DNA from: a virus
Taxonomy: Duplodnaviria; Caudoviricetes
Reading direction: 5' to 3' (one strand)
DNA: 64,000 bases
IMG/VR virus record: IMGVR_UViG_3300021399_000002
Location: 96,001-160,000 of that record
The position numbers and the translations under genes were made by a program. Positions 1 to 8,925 of this stretch are shown one piece after another (position 1 is the first letter of the stretch; each line of letters begins with the position of its first letter). The notes under the pieces are model-generated. The model was not told the DNA's origin, ran no database searches, and was given only the letters and a program-made list of their open reading frames with translations.

Positions 1-1
1 T

Positions 2-94
2 GTACCTCGATTATGTGAATTGCGCGATGAGGTATTAGAATGGGAACAGAATGAAGTTAAAAATAAAAAACTATTTGTAGAATATGATTGGTAA
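2..94 (+). CDS. 3' end of hypothetical protein (partial)
   Basis: Open frame from the window edge to TAA at 92-94, followed by a terminator. Confidence 0.5.
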   Translation, partial: VPRLCELRDEVLEWEQNEVKNKKLFVEYDW

Positions 95-100
95 TTTAAC

Positions 101-125
101 GCCTATCATTAAGATAGGCATTTTT
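101..125 (+). terminator. Rho-independent terminator
   Basis: GCCTATC-attaa-GATAGGC hairpin followed by a T-run. Confidence 0.65.
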
Positions 126-138
126 ATATATTGGAGGT

Positions 139-333
139 GTGTGCTTTTTGATACAGACTATTATTGATAAATTTAAAAAATATATGGCAGATAATAGCCT
201 GACTCAAGGGCAGGCCGCCGCACAAGTAAATATTAGTAGAACACATTTAAATAAAGTATTGAATGGTAAAGAGACACCTTCTATTGCCCTTCTAATGCGA
301 ATCGAAAAAGCAATGGAGGGGTACAATGGCTAA
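139..333 (+). CDS. XRE-family HTH transcriptional regulator
   Basis: LTQGQAAAQVNISRTHLNKVLNGKETPS is a Cro/C1-type HTH; GGAGG RBS upstream. Confidence 0.85.
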   Translation: MCFLIQTIIDKFKKYMADNSLTQGQAAAQVNISRTHLNKVLNGKETPSIALLMRIEKAMEGYNG

Positions 334-775
334 TTATGCGAATCAAAAAACAATAGAAATAAAAAAAGAATCTGTTGATAAGGTTGCTCATGTGACTGGG
401 AGTAATGAAAGTTTTCTCCGTGCTATTGATTGGAAATATATAGAACAAGCACAACAGGTATTAACTGGAAATGAATTTATGTTACTTGTATATATATTAA
501 AATGGGCGGGAAAAGGTGAATTTGATTTTTCACCCGCGGCAGTAGAAATAGCAACACAAATGTCTGATAGTACAGCAACTCGTGCAAGAACAACCTTGGA
601 ACAATTAGGTTTTATTAAACAAAAAGAAGACAGTGCTAATAGATATGAAATAGATTTAAATCCGCCTGGACTAGAAGCATTGGCAATTCAAAAGCGTGCA
701 GAAAATATTGTGAACCGTCAAAATAAAAAGAAAGTTGTACCTAAAATGGATGAAACTTTCATAACCGAAGTTTAA
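326..775 (+). CDS. Winged-helix protein, putative replication initiator
   Basis: wHTH pattern (MSDSTATRARTTLEQLGFI...NRYEI); immediately followed by an iteron-like array. Confidence 0.6.
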   Translation: MANYANQKTIEIKKESVDKVAHVTGSNESFLRAIDWKYIEQAQQVLTGNEFMLLVYILKWAGKGEFDFSPAAVEIATQMSDSTATRARTTLEQLGFIKQKEDSANRYEIDLNPPGLEALAIQKRAENIVNRQNKKKVVPKMDETFITEV

Positions 776-950
776 CTCAAAATGAGTACAACTCAATACC
801 TCCAATTTGAAAGAAGGTTTAACTCAATTTGAGTTAAGGTTTAACCCAAAATGAGTGAAGGGTTCACTCAAATTGAGTTAAGGTTTAACCCATTTTGGGG
901 TAAGTATATAAGGATATAAGGATATAAGAATAATAAGAATATAAGGATAT
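767..950. repeat. 22-bp iteron-like tandem repeats plus ATAAGGAT-type short repeats (putative replication origin)
   Basis: Units at 814, 836, 858 and 880 (AAGGTTTAACTCAATTTGAGTT-like, palindromic cores), a degenerate copy at 767, then AT-rich ATAAGGAT/ATAAGAAT repeats at 907-950. Confidence 0.75.
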
Positions 951-976
951 GGCGCATTCGCGCATAAGGAGTAAAA

Positions 977-1183
977 ATGAAACTAAAAATTAAAATTTCA
1001 TATGAGTGGGAAGAAGATTTAACTGAAGCTTGGAAAGAATGGGAAGCAGATGGCTATACTATTGAAGAATTTAAGAATAATGAAATAAGTTTTCACCATG
1101 CAATTGAGCGCCTTGATGCTGCCGCGGATAATCATATCTGTTATGACTATAAAAGAAATTTAGAGGTAAAATGGAATGAGTAA
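977..1183 (+). CDS. Hypothetical protein
   Basis: ORF with AAGGAG RBS. Confidence 0.7.
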   Translation: MKLKIKISYEWEEDLTEAWKEWEADGYTIEEFKNNEISFHHAIERLDAAADNHICYDYKRNLEVKWNE

Positions 1184-1580
1184 AACAAATTGTTGTAATT
1201 GTGGTGCTGCTCTTGATATCTTCGCGCCAAAATGTGAATTCTGTGGCACAAAAAATATCAACATGACAGAGATAGACTTAGCTTCTGGCGAAGCCGCAAA
1301 TTTCATCTTTAAATTACCAAATAATACTACTATCAATGGTAATATGTATATGTCTATGCTTGCCGTACCAGAACTAAAAACATTAGAAATGACAAGTGAA
1401 CCAACTTATATATATGGAGATTGGAATAATACTAGATTAGCCTATATGAATAATTATTCATTAGAAATGGGATTAAATTTACGCGCTGTTCCTCATGCAG
1501 ATAATTCACTTTATTGTTTGACAAAACAAGAAAATCATATTATAATAAAAGAAAAAGGGGAATGTAAAGATGATACATAA
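1176..1580 (+). CDS. Zinc-ribbon protein
   Basis: CCNCG...CEFCG at the N-terminus; overlaps the upstream stop. Confidence 0.7.
   Translation: MSKTNCCNCGAALDIFAPKCEFCGTKNINMTEIDLASGEAANFIFKLPNNTTINGNMYMSMLAVPELKTLEMTSEPTYIYGDWNNTRLAYMNNYSLEMGLNLRAVPHADNSLYCLTKQENHIIIKEKGECKDDT
1518..1546 (+). promoter_or_regulatory. Sigma-A/70 consensus promoter
   Basis: TTGACA-17 bp-TATAAT. Confidence 0.75.
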
Positions 1581-1791
1581 GCAACAAATTGGACTTTATA
1601 GCACAAATGAGCCAACTGTACGCAGGGAAGAGAGCCGTGAACTACGAACAATTGAACATCCATTTGGAGACGATGAAGTATATAGGGCTACTATAGTTAG
1701 ATATTACTGTAAGAACTGTGGCGAGCAAGTTGATTCTGATGATAAGTACTGCGCAAAATGTGGCACTGAGCTAATTTTTGAGGAGAGATAA
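1570..1791 (+). CDS. Zinc-ribbon protein
   Basis: YCKNCG...YCAKCG. Confidence 0.7.
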   Translation: MIHKQQIGLYSTNEPTVRREESRELRTIEHPFGDDEVYRATIVRYYCKNCGEQVDSDDKYCAKCGTELIFEER

Positions 1792-1793
1792 GT

Positions 1794-2030
1794 ATGGTAC
1801 TAAGTCCTAATAAATGGATAAAGACAAATAAGAAAGCGCAACCATGTCCAAAATGTCAATCCTCCAATCTTTGGTTGGCTCGTTCTAATCGTAAAGTAAT
1901 GCGATGGAGTGTTTGGTGCCCAGACTGCCACTTGCGCGGAGCAAGAAGACGAACAATGGAATCAGCCGTCCACATTTGGAAGAGAACGTACAAAAACTTT
2001 AATTAGAGGAAAGGTGATCAATTTGTTTAA
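1794..2030 (+). CDS. Lar-like (restriction alleviation) zinc-finger protein; one TAG read through
   Basis: PCPKC...VWCPDC...AVHIWKR is the Lar-family pattern; reading through TAG at 2004 ends at TAA 2030, overlapping the next start. Confidence 0.55.
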
Positions 2031-2619
2031 AATAAAGAGTCTTGGTGATATTATACCAGCAAAAATTGATTGGCATGACGCTAAATATTTATGGCGAAAC
2101 ATAATGATAAAACAATGTGGACAAGACTATTATGAAGATCATTTTCTTCACAGTGCTGTCGAAATGGCGCCATTGCTGACATTGTTGGAAACTATTGAAA
2201 CTTACCCAGAACCATATAGTTTGTATATTCCAACAAACTATCAGCAAGAATGGAGTCATATTCATCCGTCATTTACATCTATCGGGATGATGTTAAAATG
2301 CTGTGAACAATGTAATTGTCGACTTGCAACATATGAGGAATATTGGTTCTATATGCTGGATCAAATAATTAACGAAAAACGAAACATAAAAGAATTATTA
2401 GTGGAAAAAAGTAGTCCTGACGAGCCTTCTTTGGCATTTATTAGTAGTGATAAACAGCATCTTGCGTTGGCAGGCAGCAAAGCTGGCGGATTTGCGGGCC
2501 GTGAAATGAGATGGAGAAACTCGAGAATTCATGTTTTTGAATCACCATACATAACTTTGGATTTTGTTAGAGCACTTATAGTTAGTAATACAATTCCACT
2601 TATGGTAAAACTAACATAA
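2023..2619 (+). CDS. Hypothetical protein
   Basis: TTG start after an AGGAAAGGTGA RBS, within ORF 1909..2619. Confidence 0.6.
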   Translation: MFKIKSLGDIIPAKIDWHDAKYLWRNIMIKQCGQDYYEDHFLHSAVEMAPLLTLLETIETYPEPYSLYIPTNYQQEWSHIHPSFTSIGMMLKCCEQCNCRLATYEEYWFYMLDQIINEKRNIKELLVEKSSPDEPSLAFISSDKQHLALAGSKAGGFAGREMRWRNSRIHVFESPYITLDFVRALIVSNTIPLMVKLT

Positions 2620-2636
2620 TAGGAGAAATGTAAAGT

Positions 2637-2825
2637 ATGACATACGGTGAAATTTATCAAAAAGCAAAAGGCGTTTTAGGAGAAGAAAATATATTGGATT
2701 ATCGCCCAGCTGTATTTGAAATGATGCCAGAATCTATGCTTGACGGAGTTCGTATGTGCATACCAAATACAATTATGATTTGGTTAAAGAATGGTGATTG
2801 TATTTGGTATAGAGCTGAAAACTAA
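2637..2825 (+). CDS. Hypothetical protein
   Basis: AGGAG RBS, ORF. Confidence 0.65.
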   Translation: MTYGEIYQKAKGVLGEENILDYRPAVFEMMPESMLDGVRMCIPNTIMIWLKNGDCIWYRAEN

Positions 2826-2839
2826 TAGGAGAACTACGA

Positions 2840-3112
2840 ATGATTGATAGAGAGAAAATTATAGAAAATATGAATATCGCAAAAGCGGTATTGTGTAATC
2901 AAAATATAATTACTCCAGAAATGTGTATTAAGATTGGGCAAACTATTTCGGATGTTCTTTCTTTACTTAAAGAGCAGGAACCACAGCAAGTAGTAATTAC
3001 AACAAACTCCTATGGAACAAAGTTTTACCATTGTCCGAAATGTAATCATGATCTTTATGCCTATCCACGACAAAATTATTGTAGTAATTGCGGACAGGCG
3101 GTGAAGTATTGA
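2840..3112 (+). CDS. Zinc-ribbon protein
   Basis: HCPKC...YCSNCGQAV. Confidence 0.7.
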   Translation: MIDREKIIENMNIAKAVLCNQNIITPEMCIKIGQTISDVLSLLKEQEPQQVVITTNSYGTKFYHCPKCNHDLYAYPRQNYCSNCGQAVKY

Positions 3113-3369
3113 TGACCGGAAAAGAAGCAATATCCAGAATAAAGACTGGAAATTTTAATAATGATTTTGGGTTTGATATGCAAATTTTAATTGATACAGT
3201 CGGAATTCTCGGAGAAATGTTTAGAAGCGGGCAAATTCATGAGGTTATCTATTGCAAGGAATGTCGGTGATATGATGAAAAAATTTCTTTTTGCAATAAT
3301 TGTAATCTGCCACGAGAGCAAACATTTTTCTGCGCTGACGGGAAACACAGGGAGGATGGAGGAAAATGA
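3112..3369 (+). pseudogene. Cys-rich small phage protein interrupted by one in-frame TGA (3268-3270)
   Basis: EVIYCKECR*YDEKISFCNNC...FFCADGK continues the common phage CKDC...C...FC motif and ends in an ATGA overlap with the next gene. Confidence 0.55.
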
Positions 3370-3614
3370 GAATGACGAAATATGGATGGGAATTGTTTGC
3401 TGAAAAATGTTTTTGTGCAAGAGATGACTGGGAAGAAGGTCTTGATTCTATCCCTGGAACATGGGATGAAAAAAATGGATGTTGGTATGAATTTAGACAT
3501 AGATGTTCATATTGCGAACGTGAAAATGAAAGTAATAGCTATACACGATATTGTCCTCATTGCGGAAAAGAAATGACATTTATTGAAAACATAACAAAAA
3601 CGGCGGTGAAATAA
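3366..3614 (+). CDS. Zinc-ribbon protein
   Basis: RCSYC...YCPHCGKEM. Confidence 0.7.
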   Translation: MRMTKYGWELFAEKCFCARDDWEEGLDSIPGTWDEKNGCWYEFRHRCSYCERENESNSYTRYCPHCGKEMTFIENITKTAVK

Positions 3615-3616
3615 AA

Positions 3617-3904
3617 ATGCGCGAACTAATTTATCGTGATGATTGTAATCTTAATGCGCCGTCCCTCGGCCGCGATGAAATGCTTTGGGATTTAATTTAT
3701 GAAATGCATATGCCAGATACAGAAGAAATGTTTAATTTTGCTAAAGTAGTTATGGAGAAGGCGCAAGCAGTTATTGATACTGCGCCAACTATTACCACTG
3801 ACGAAGTTCTTGCTTATAAATGCCCAGAGTGTAAGGTAGTAAGTATTCTTTATAATCCTGAAGAAGAGTATTATTGTCCAAACTGCGGATGTGCGAGGAA
3901 ATAA
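3617..3904 (+). CDS. Zinc-ribbon protein
   Basis: KCPEC...YCPNCG; IDTAPTI motif typical of small phage proteins. Confidence 0.7.
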   Translation: MRELIYRDDCNLNAPSLGRDEMLWDLIYEMHMPDTEEMFNFAKVVMEKAQAVIDTAPTITTDEVLAYKCPECKVVSILYNPEEEYYCPNCGCARK

Positions 3905-3905
3905 T

Positions 3906-4400
3906 ATGGAAGCAAAAGAAGCAAGAGAACTTATGAAAGGTTCTATTAAACATAAGGGGTTGTGGTTTAAAGCAAGATTAAACTGGTTTTGCGGCCGCAT
4001 TAATAAACAAATAGAAGACGCCGCGGAACGCGGAGAATCATATATACAATTTACAGTAAGAAGTGATAATACTGCAAAGCGATACTTTTCAATAATAACG
4101 CAATTTTATGAAGATTTAGGATATTATGTAGCTTTTGCCTATCATAATAATACACTTGAAATATATTGGGATTTATCTGATCTTAGCCAATATACAATTG
4201 AACGTTTATGTACTAACAGTTATTATTATCATCATATAAAATTGGAGGAATCTGAAAATGAAAGTAATTGCACGTCCAGTAGGAACAGGGAAAACGAAAG
4301 AACTCCTAGCAGAAGTTCAAAAGACAAACGGAATCGTACTAACCCTAAACAAAAGAGCCCTTCAGGAAAAGGCTCGGACATACGGAATTTTCGGTCTTGA
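3906..4400 (+). CDS. Hypothetical protein
   Basis: GAGG RBS; the 3' end overlaps the next gene by 143 nt, so the C-terminal tail may be spurious. Confidence 0.55.
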   Translation: MEAKEARELMKGSIKHKGLWFKARLNWFCGRINKQIEDAAERGESYIQFTVRSDNTAKRYFSIITQFYEDLGYYVAFAYHNNTLEIYWDLSDLSQYTIERLCTNSYYYHHIKLEESENESNCTSSRNRENERTPSRSSKDKRNRTNPKQKSPSGKGSDIRNFRS

Positions 4401-4548
4401 GATAGTAGATTGGAATGATTTGCTATATGGAAATTTTTCACAGGAAAAGCCATTATATGTTCATAAATTAGATGATGTAATGAAAGAATATTTTTGGGAT
4501 GATTTTGGCGTGAATTTAGAAGGTTATAGTATCGCAATGGAGGATTAA
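4258..4548 (+). CDS. Small P-loop-containing protein
   Basis: ARPVGTGKT Walker A-like motif; GGAGG RBS. Confidence 0.65.
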   Translation: MKVIARPVGTGKTKELLAEVQKTNGIVLTLNKRALQEKARTYGIFGLEIVDWNDLLYGNFSQEKPLYVHKLDDVMKEYFWDDFGVNLEGYSIAMED

Positions 4549-4549
4549 A

Positions 4550-4795
4550 ATGGCCCAGTGGTTAACTTGGGAAGAAATTATCCAACTTCCAAAAGATAAA
4601 AAAGTTTGGATTCAATATGATAATTATTCATTAGAATATGATAGTCTAAGATACAATAAAGAGACTGGTAATATATATCAAGACTATACAATAACTATAT
4701 ATACAAACGCGATTAAAACCTATCGTCATAATTGGGTAGTTTGGGATAAATTACCAACGGAAGAACAATTTTTTAAAGAAGAATGGAGATTATAA
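4550..4795 (+). CDS. Hypothetical protein
   Basis: GGAGG RBS, ORF. Confidence 0.65.
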   Translation: MAQWLTWEEIIQLPKDKKVWIQYDNYSLEYDSLRYNKETGNIYQDYTITIYTNAIKTYRHNWVVWDKLPTEEQFFKEEWRL

Positions 4796-4797
4796 GA

Positions 4798-5217
4798 ATG
4801 TTTCAAGTACACGATACAGATACTAATAAAACCTCTCAAATTTATGATGAAGAAGAACTTGCCACTGCGATAACCGATACTATTCAATATTATAAAGATA
4901 AATGTGAACATCTTAGAGAAGAAAATCAACAACTCATTCAAAATGCTCAAGAAGTTGTAAAAAAGAATTATGAGCAAACTATTACAAATTTGCGCGAACG
5001 CCTTAATCTATCTTATGGAGAATTTGCTTCTCAAAAAGAAAAAGATGCATATAATCAATTTACAATAGAACACATGCATGACAGATTAAGTTCAAGATAT
5101 AATGGCGGCCGCGCGCCTTACTTAATCCCAACTGGAGGTGGTATTGGTACTATCCTTAAAGTTGTATGTCCAATTTGTGGAGAATCAAAGGATATTACTG
5201 ATAATTCAGTTTGGTAA
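4798..5217 (+). CDS. Coiled-coil protein with C-terminal CxxC
   Basis: GGIGTILKVVCPICGESKDITD. Confidence 0.65.
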   Translation: MFQVHDTDTNKTSQIYDEEELATAITDTIQYYKDKCEHLREENQQLIQNAQEVVKKNYEQTITNLRERLNLSYGEFASQKEKDAYNQFTIEHMHDRLSSRYNGGRAPYLIPTGGGIGTILKVVCPICGESKDITDNSVW

Positions 5218-5220
5218 TTG

Positions 5221-5267
5221 AAGAAGTCAATTAAATAATTGACTTCTTTTTTAATTCATGATATAAT
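5221..5267 (+). promoter_or_regulatory. Terminator hairpin overlapping a sigma-A promoter for gyrB
   Basis: Inverted repeat AAGAAGTCAATTA/TAATTGACTTCTT plus T-run; TTGACT(5239)-17-TATAAT with extended -10 TG. Confidence 0.7.
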
Positions 5268-5295
5268 ATATTGTAAGAAAGAAAGGGGTGAGAGA

Positions 5296-7161
5296 ATGGC
5301 ATATAACGCAGACTCAATACAAGTACGAGATTTTCGTACCGCGGCAAGATCGACTCCTGGCATGTATATTGGTGCAGATGGACAAGATGCTATGTTTAAT
5401 TGCTTTCTAGAAATATTAAACAATGCCTGTGATGAAGCAATTATGGGTCGCGGTAATGAAATTACTGTAGAAGTTAATGATAATGATATTAAAGTCACTG
5501 ATAAAGGTGCGGGGGTGCCACATGGAAAAAATAAAGATACAGAAGAAGTACTCATCGAAATATATACTTCTGCTCATTCTTCTGGTAAATTTGATTCAAC
5601 TAATTATAAAAGAGTTCGTGGTATGCACGGTATTGGGTCAAGTACAGTGTGCGTTTGCTCGGAAATCTTTGAAGTCTGGACACGCAGAGACGGAGCAGAA
5701 TGGAACATTGTATTCAAAGACGGTATACCACAATCTTCTACTGCGAACAGAATACGAAGTACAAAAGAAACAGGTACAACAGTGTATTTTAAGCCTGATA
5801 AGACCATATTCCATTTAAATGAAGATACTCCTTCATTTGATAAAGAGCGTATTAGAAAAGAACTACAATTAACTAGCTATTTTATTCCAAATGTTAGTTT
5901 TGTATATAAAGTAGATGAAAAAGAAGAAAAATTTCTATCTAAAAATGGATTGAAAGATTTTGCAGCGAATAATATTTCTAAGCCACTTCATAAACAATAT
6001 ATTTATGCTAATAAACATTTTGATGGCGATATTGATATTGAAGTTTTCGCGCAATGGACAGGTGGAAAAGAGAAAAGTTATGTATTTTCTAATGGTGCTT
6101 TAAATGCGAATGGTGGTACTCCAATTGCAGGCATGAAAGCAGCTTTTACTCGTACAATTAATGATTTAGCTAAAGAATCATTTGATGGTGATATGATTCG
6201 TAAGGGATTAGTCACTATAATTAATATTAAACACCCACATCCTGTATATCAGAATCAGGTAAAAGATAAGATTCAAAATACTGAATTGCGTGGTTATACA
6301 CAAACAGTGTTTACTGAAGCAATTAAAGATTGGGCGATAAATAATAGAGATGATCTTGATAGAATACTAACAGTATTATCTAAAGAAGCAAAAGCCGATG
6401 AGGCCGCAGAACGCGCAAGAAATGCTATCCTTTCAATGGAGAAGAAAGAAACTGAACAGCGCAAGCGTAAAGTGACTTCTTCTGATAAGTTTAAAGATTG
6501 CGAGAAGCATGGTGCTGATTCCATGCTTATTATTTGTGAGGGTAATTCTGCTTTAGGTGGACTAATGCCAGCGCGAGATGTAAAGACAGAAGCACTTTAT
6601 GCTGTGCGTGGTAAAGTAAAGAATCTAATGAAACATCCTCTAGAAGAATGTCTAGAAAATCAAGAAGTATCTGATATTATTATGGCACTTGGATGTGGTA
6701 TTCAAGAGCGTTATAATGAGAAGAAACTTAATTATGGAAAAGTTGCAATTGCTACAGATGCTGATGTAGATGGATATTCTATTATGTGTCTAATTGCAAC
6801 TCTCTTCTATGTATTAATGCCAAAATTTATTGAAGAAGGACGGCTTGGCTGGCTGCGCGCGCCTCTTTATAGATTAAGTAAAGGCAAACAGCATGTATAT
6901 GCTTATGATGAAGATGAACTTTCTGAACTAAAGAAAACTCATAGTGGATGGGAACAGAGTCGCTATAAGGGATTAGGTGAAATGGTAGCAGAAGATATGG
7001 AAGAATCTATGCTACATCCGGTAAATCGGCGTCTAGATATTCTTACCATTAATGATGCTGAACTGGCGGCGGAATCACTAAAGATGCTAATGGGCACTGA
7101 GGTTGAAGGACGCAGAGACTTTTTGTTTGAGAATGTGGATTTTAATATTATAAATAATTGA
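5296..7161 (+). CDS. gyrB: Type II topoisomerase B subunit (GyrB/ParE-like)
   Basis: PGMYIG, EILNNACDE, DKGAGVP, GMHGIGSS GHKL motifs; EGNSA, RGK, DADVDG TOPRIM motifs; RYKGLGEM. Confidence 0.95.
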   Translation: MAYNADSIQVRDFRTAARSTPGMYIGADGQDAMFNCFLEILNNACDEAIMGRGNEITVEVNDNDIKVTDKGAGVPHGKNKDTEEVLIEIYTSAHSSGKFDSTNYKRVRGMHGIGSSTVCVCSEIFEVWTRRDGAEWNIVFKDGIPQSSTANRIRSTKETGTTVYFKPDKTIFHLNEDTPSFDKERIRKELQLTSYFIPNVSFVYKVDEKEEKFLSKNGLKDFAANNISKPLHKQYIYANKHFDGDIDIEVFAQWTGGKEKSYVFSNGALNANGGTPIAGMKAAFTRTINDLAKESFDGDMIRKGLVTIINIKHPHPVYQNQVKDKIQNTELRGYTQTVFTEAIKDWAINNRDDLDRILTVLSKEAKADEAAERARNAILSMEKKETEQRKRKVTSSDKFKDCEKHGADSMLIICEGNSALGGLMPARDVKTEALYAVRGKVKNLMKHPLEECLENQEVSDIIMALGCGIQERYNEKKLNYGKVAIATDADVDGYSIMCLIATLFYVLMPKFIEEGRLGWLRAPLYRLSKGKQHVYAYDEDELSELKKTHSGWEQSRYKGLGEMVAEDMEESMLHPVNRRLDILTINDAELAAESLKMLMGTEVEGRRDFLFENVDFNIINN

Positions 7162-7187
7162 CAAATAATAAAAACTATAATATAATT
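7158..7187 (+). promoter_or_regulatory. Sigma-A promoter overlapping the gyrB stop
   Basis: TTGACA-18-TATAAT; the TGA stop lies inside the -35 box. Confidence 0.65.
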
Positions 7188-7216
7188 ATTATAGAAAAAT
7201 ATGAAAGGATGTTTTT

Positions 7217-8026
7217 ATGATTAATAAGAAAGAAGATAATCAATGGTATGGTAAAGGATTTGAAATTGCTATATATATAATGTTTAATAAATTACCTCAG
7301 ACCAACCCTTTTCCTGAACATGTAGAAGATAAAGAATGGCAGCATTTACTTAATGATGCTCAATTATTTATTAATTATTATAATAAGAATGAAAAAATTA
7401 TTTCTATTGAATGGATTGGAAATCATACGTGTACGATGGATGGAGATTTAATTATTAATAAAGAAAAAGTAGAAATTAAAAGGGTATCTAAAGGATTGGG
7501 CACATGGGGCAATTTCACTATTAATCATATTTATAAATATCTTTCTAATGATTTTAAGCCACATACTGATTTTATGAAAAAAGTTGGATTATATGATAAA
7601 TTCACAACTATTTCAAAAAATCATAATTGGATGAAAGATCCATATACAACCAATCCTCTTTCTGTTGAAGAAGCTAAACAGTACGGAGATAATCTTATTA
7701 TATTAGATGAAGAGTGGCGTAAATTATTTGTTCAAGCAATATATCAAGATCTATTAAATCATCCTAAAAATATTCAAAAACTTATTAATGATTGTATTAC
7801 AAAAGAAATTAGTCCAAAAAAGAAAATGCCTAAAAAATTAATTGTTTATAATTATACTACTAATACCATTACTAATTTTGCTGACATAGATTTGATTAAG
7901 AATGAATATGATAATTTTATTAAAGCAAATGAATTTGGTATTATACTTGATAGCATAAGAATTAATTTTAGTTGGAAAAATCATTGTGGACATAATTTGG
8001 CTATGTATGTCTTTCTCAGGAGATGA
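7217..8026 (+). CDS. Putative type II restriction endonuclease (PD-(D/E)xK)
   Basis: GKGFE...DGDL...VEIK motif; directly upstream of a DNA methyltransferase. Confidence 0.5.
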   Translation: MINKKEDNQWYGKGFEIAIYIMFNKLPQTNPFPEHVEDKEWQHLLNDAQLFINYYNKNEKIISIEWIGNHTCTMDGDLIINKEKVEIKRVSKGLGTWGNFTINHIYKYLSNDFKPHTDFMKKVGLYDKFTTISKNHNWMKDPYTTNPLSVEEAKQYGDNLIILDEEWRKLFVQAIYQDLLNHPKNIQKLINDCITKEISPKKKMPKKLIVYNYTTNTITNFADIDLIKNEYDNFIKANEFGIILDSIRINFSWKNHCGHNLAMYVFLRR

Positions 8027-8030
8027 TTAA

Positions 8031-8876
8031 ATGGCAAATTTAGATAAATTTTATACTAAACCTGAAATAGCAATTCAATGCTATAATTTCTTAAAACAAT
8101 TTTATCCTTCATTAGATAATGAAATGTTTCTGGAACCATCTGCGGGTTCTGGAAACTTTTTGCCTCTATTAAAACATTATGAAGCCTATGATATTGCTCC
8201 TGAGGGAGAGAATATTACCAAAGCAGATTTTTTATCTCTAACATTAAATAAAAATGATTATATAACAATAGGAAATCCGCCATTTGGAAAACGTTCAAAA
8301 TTAGCTATAGATTTTTTTAATCATGCAGCAAAATTTAGTAAAATTATTGCTTTTATTGTCCCAGTATCATTTATGAAATGGGGCGTTCATAAAGAATTAG
8401 ATTCAAGATTTAAATTACAAGCATATATGTATATACCAGAAAATAGTTTTACCGATAAGGATAAAGACTTTTCAGTACGTTGCGTATTTCAAATTTGGAC
8501 TAGAGAAAATATTTCAGAAGATTTGAGAATTTTAAAAGCTCCGCCAATTAAACACGAAGATTTTAATATTTGGCAATATAATGCTACTCCAGAAGCAATG
8601 AAGTATATAAATGAAAATTGGAAATATGCTATCTATAGACAAGGATATAAAGATTATCATCGACTTTTTACTAGAGAAGAATATGATATTGTGAAGGAAC
8701 AAATGGAAAAGAATATACAATTCTTTTTTATTGAACCATTATGCTAGCGAGCAGAACAATTTATTTGTAAAGCTGATTTTGAAGAATTAGCAGAAAGAAA
8801 TACGTCAACGCCCGGATTTGGAAAAGCAGATTTTATATCATACTATTTACAATGGATACGAGATTTTAATAATTGA
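8031..8876 (+). CDS. Amino (N6-A/N4-C) DNA methyltransferase; one internal TAG (8745)
   Basis: DKFYT, FLEPSAGSGNF (motif I), IGNPPFG (motif IV); frame stays open 42 codons past the TAG to TGA 8876. Confidence 0.85.
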
Positions 8877-8901
8877 CCAATTCTAAAATTTATATTATAA
8901 T
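8873..8901 (+). promoter_or_regulatory. Sigma-A promoter for gyrA
   Basis: TTGACC-17-TATAAT overlapping the MTase TGA. Confidence 0.65.
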
Positions 8902-8925
8902 AAATGAAAAGAAAGGAGTTAGAAC

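Noticed and set aside
767-905. CRISPR array
   Set aside because: The 22-bp units are directly tandem with no unique spacers, and no cas genes are nearby
3268-3270. Genome-wide TGA reassignment or selenocysteine
   Set aside because: TGA is the evident stop of many genes (gyrB, dnaE, nrdD, dut). This is an isolated case and not at a Cys position.
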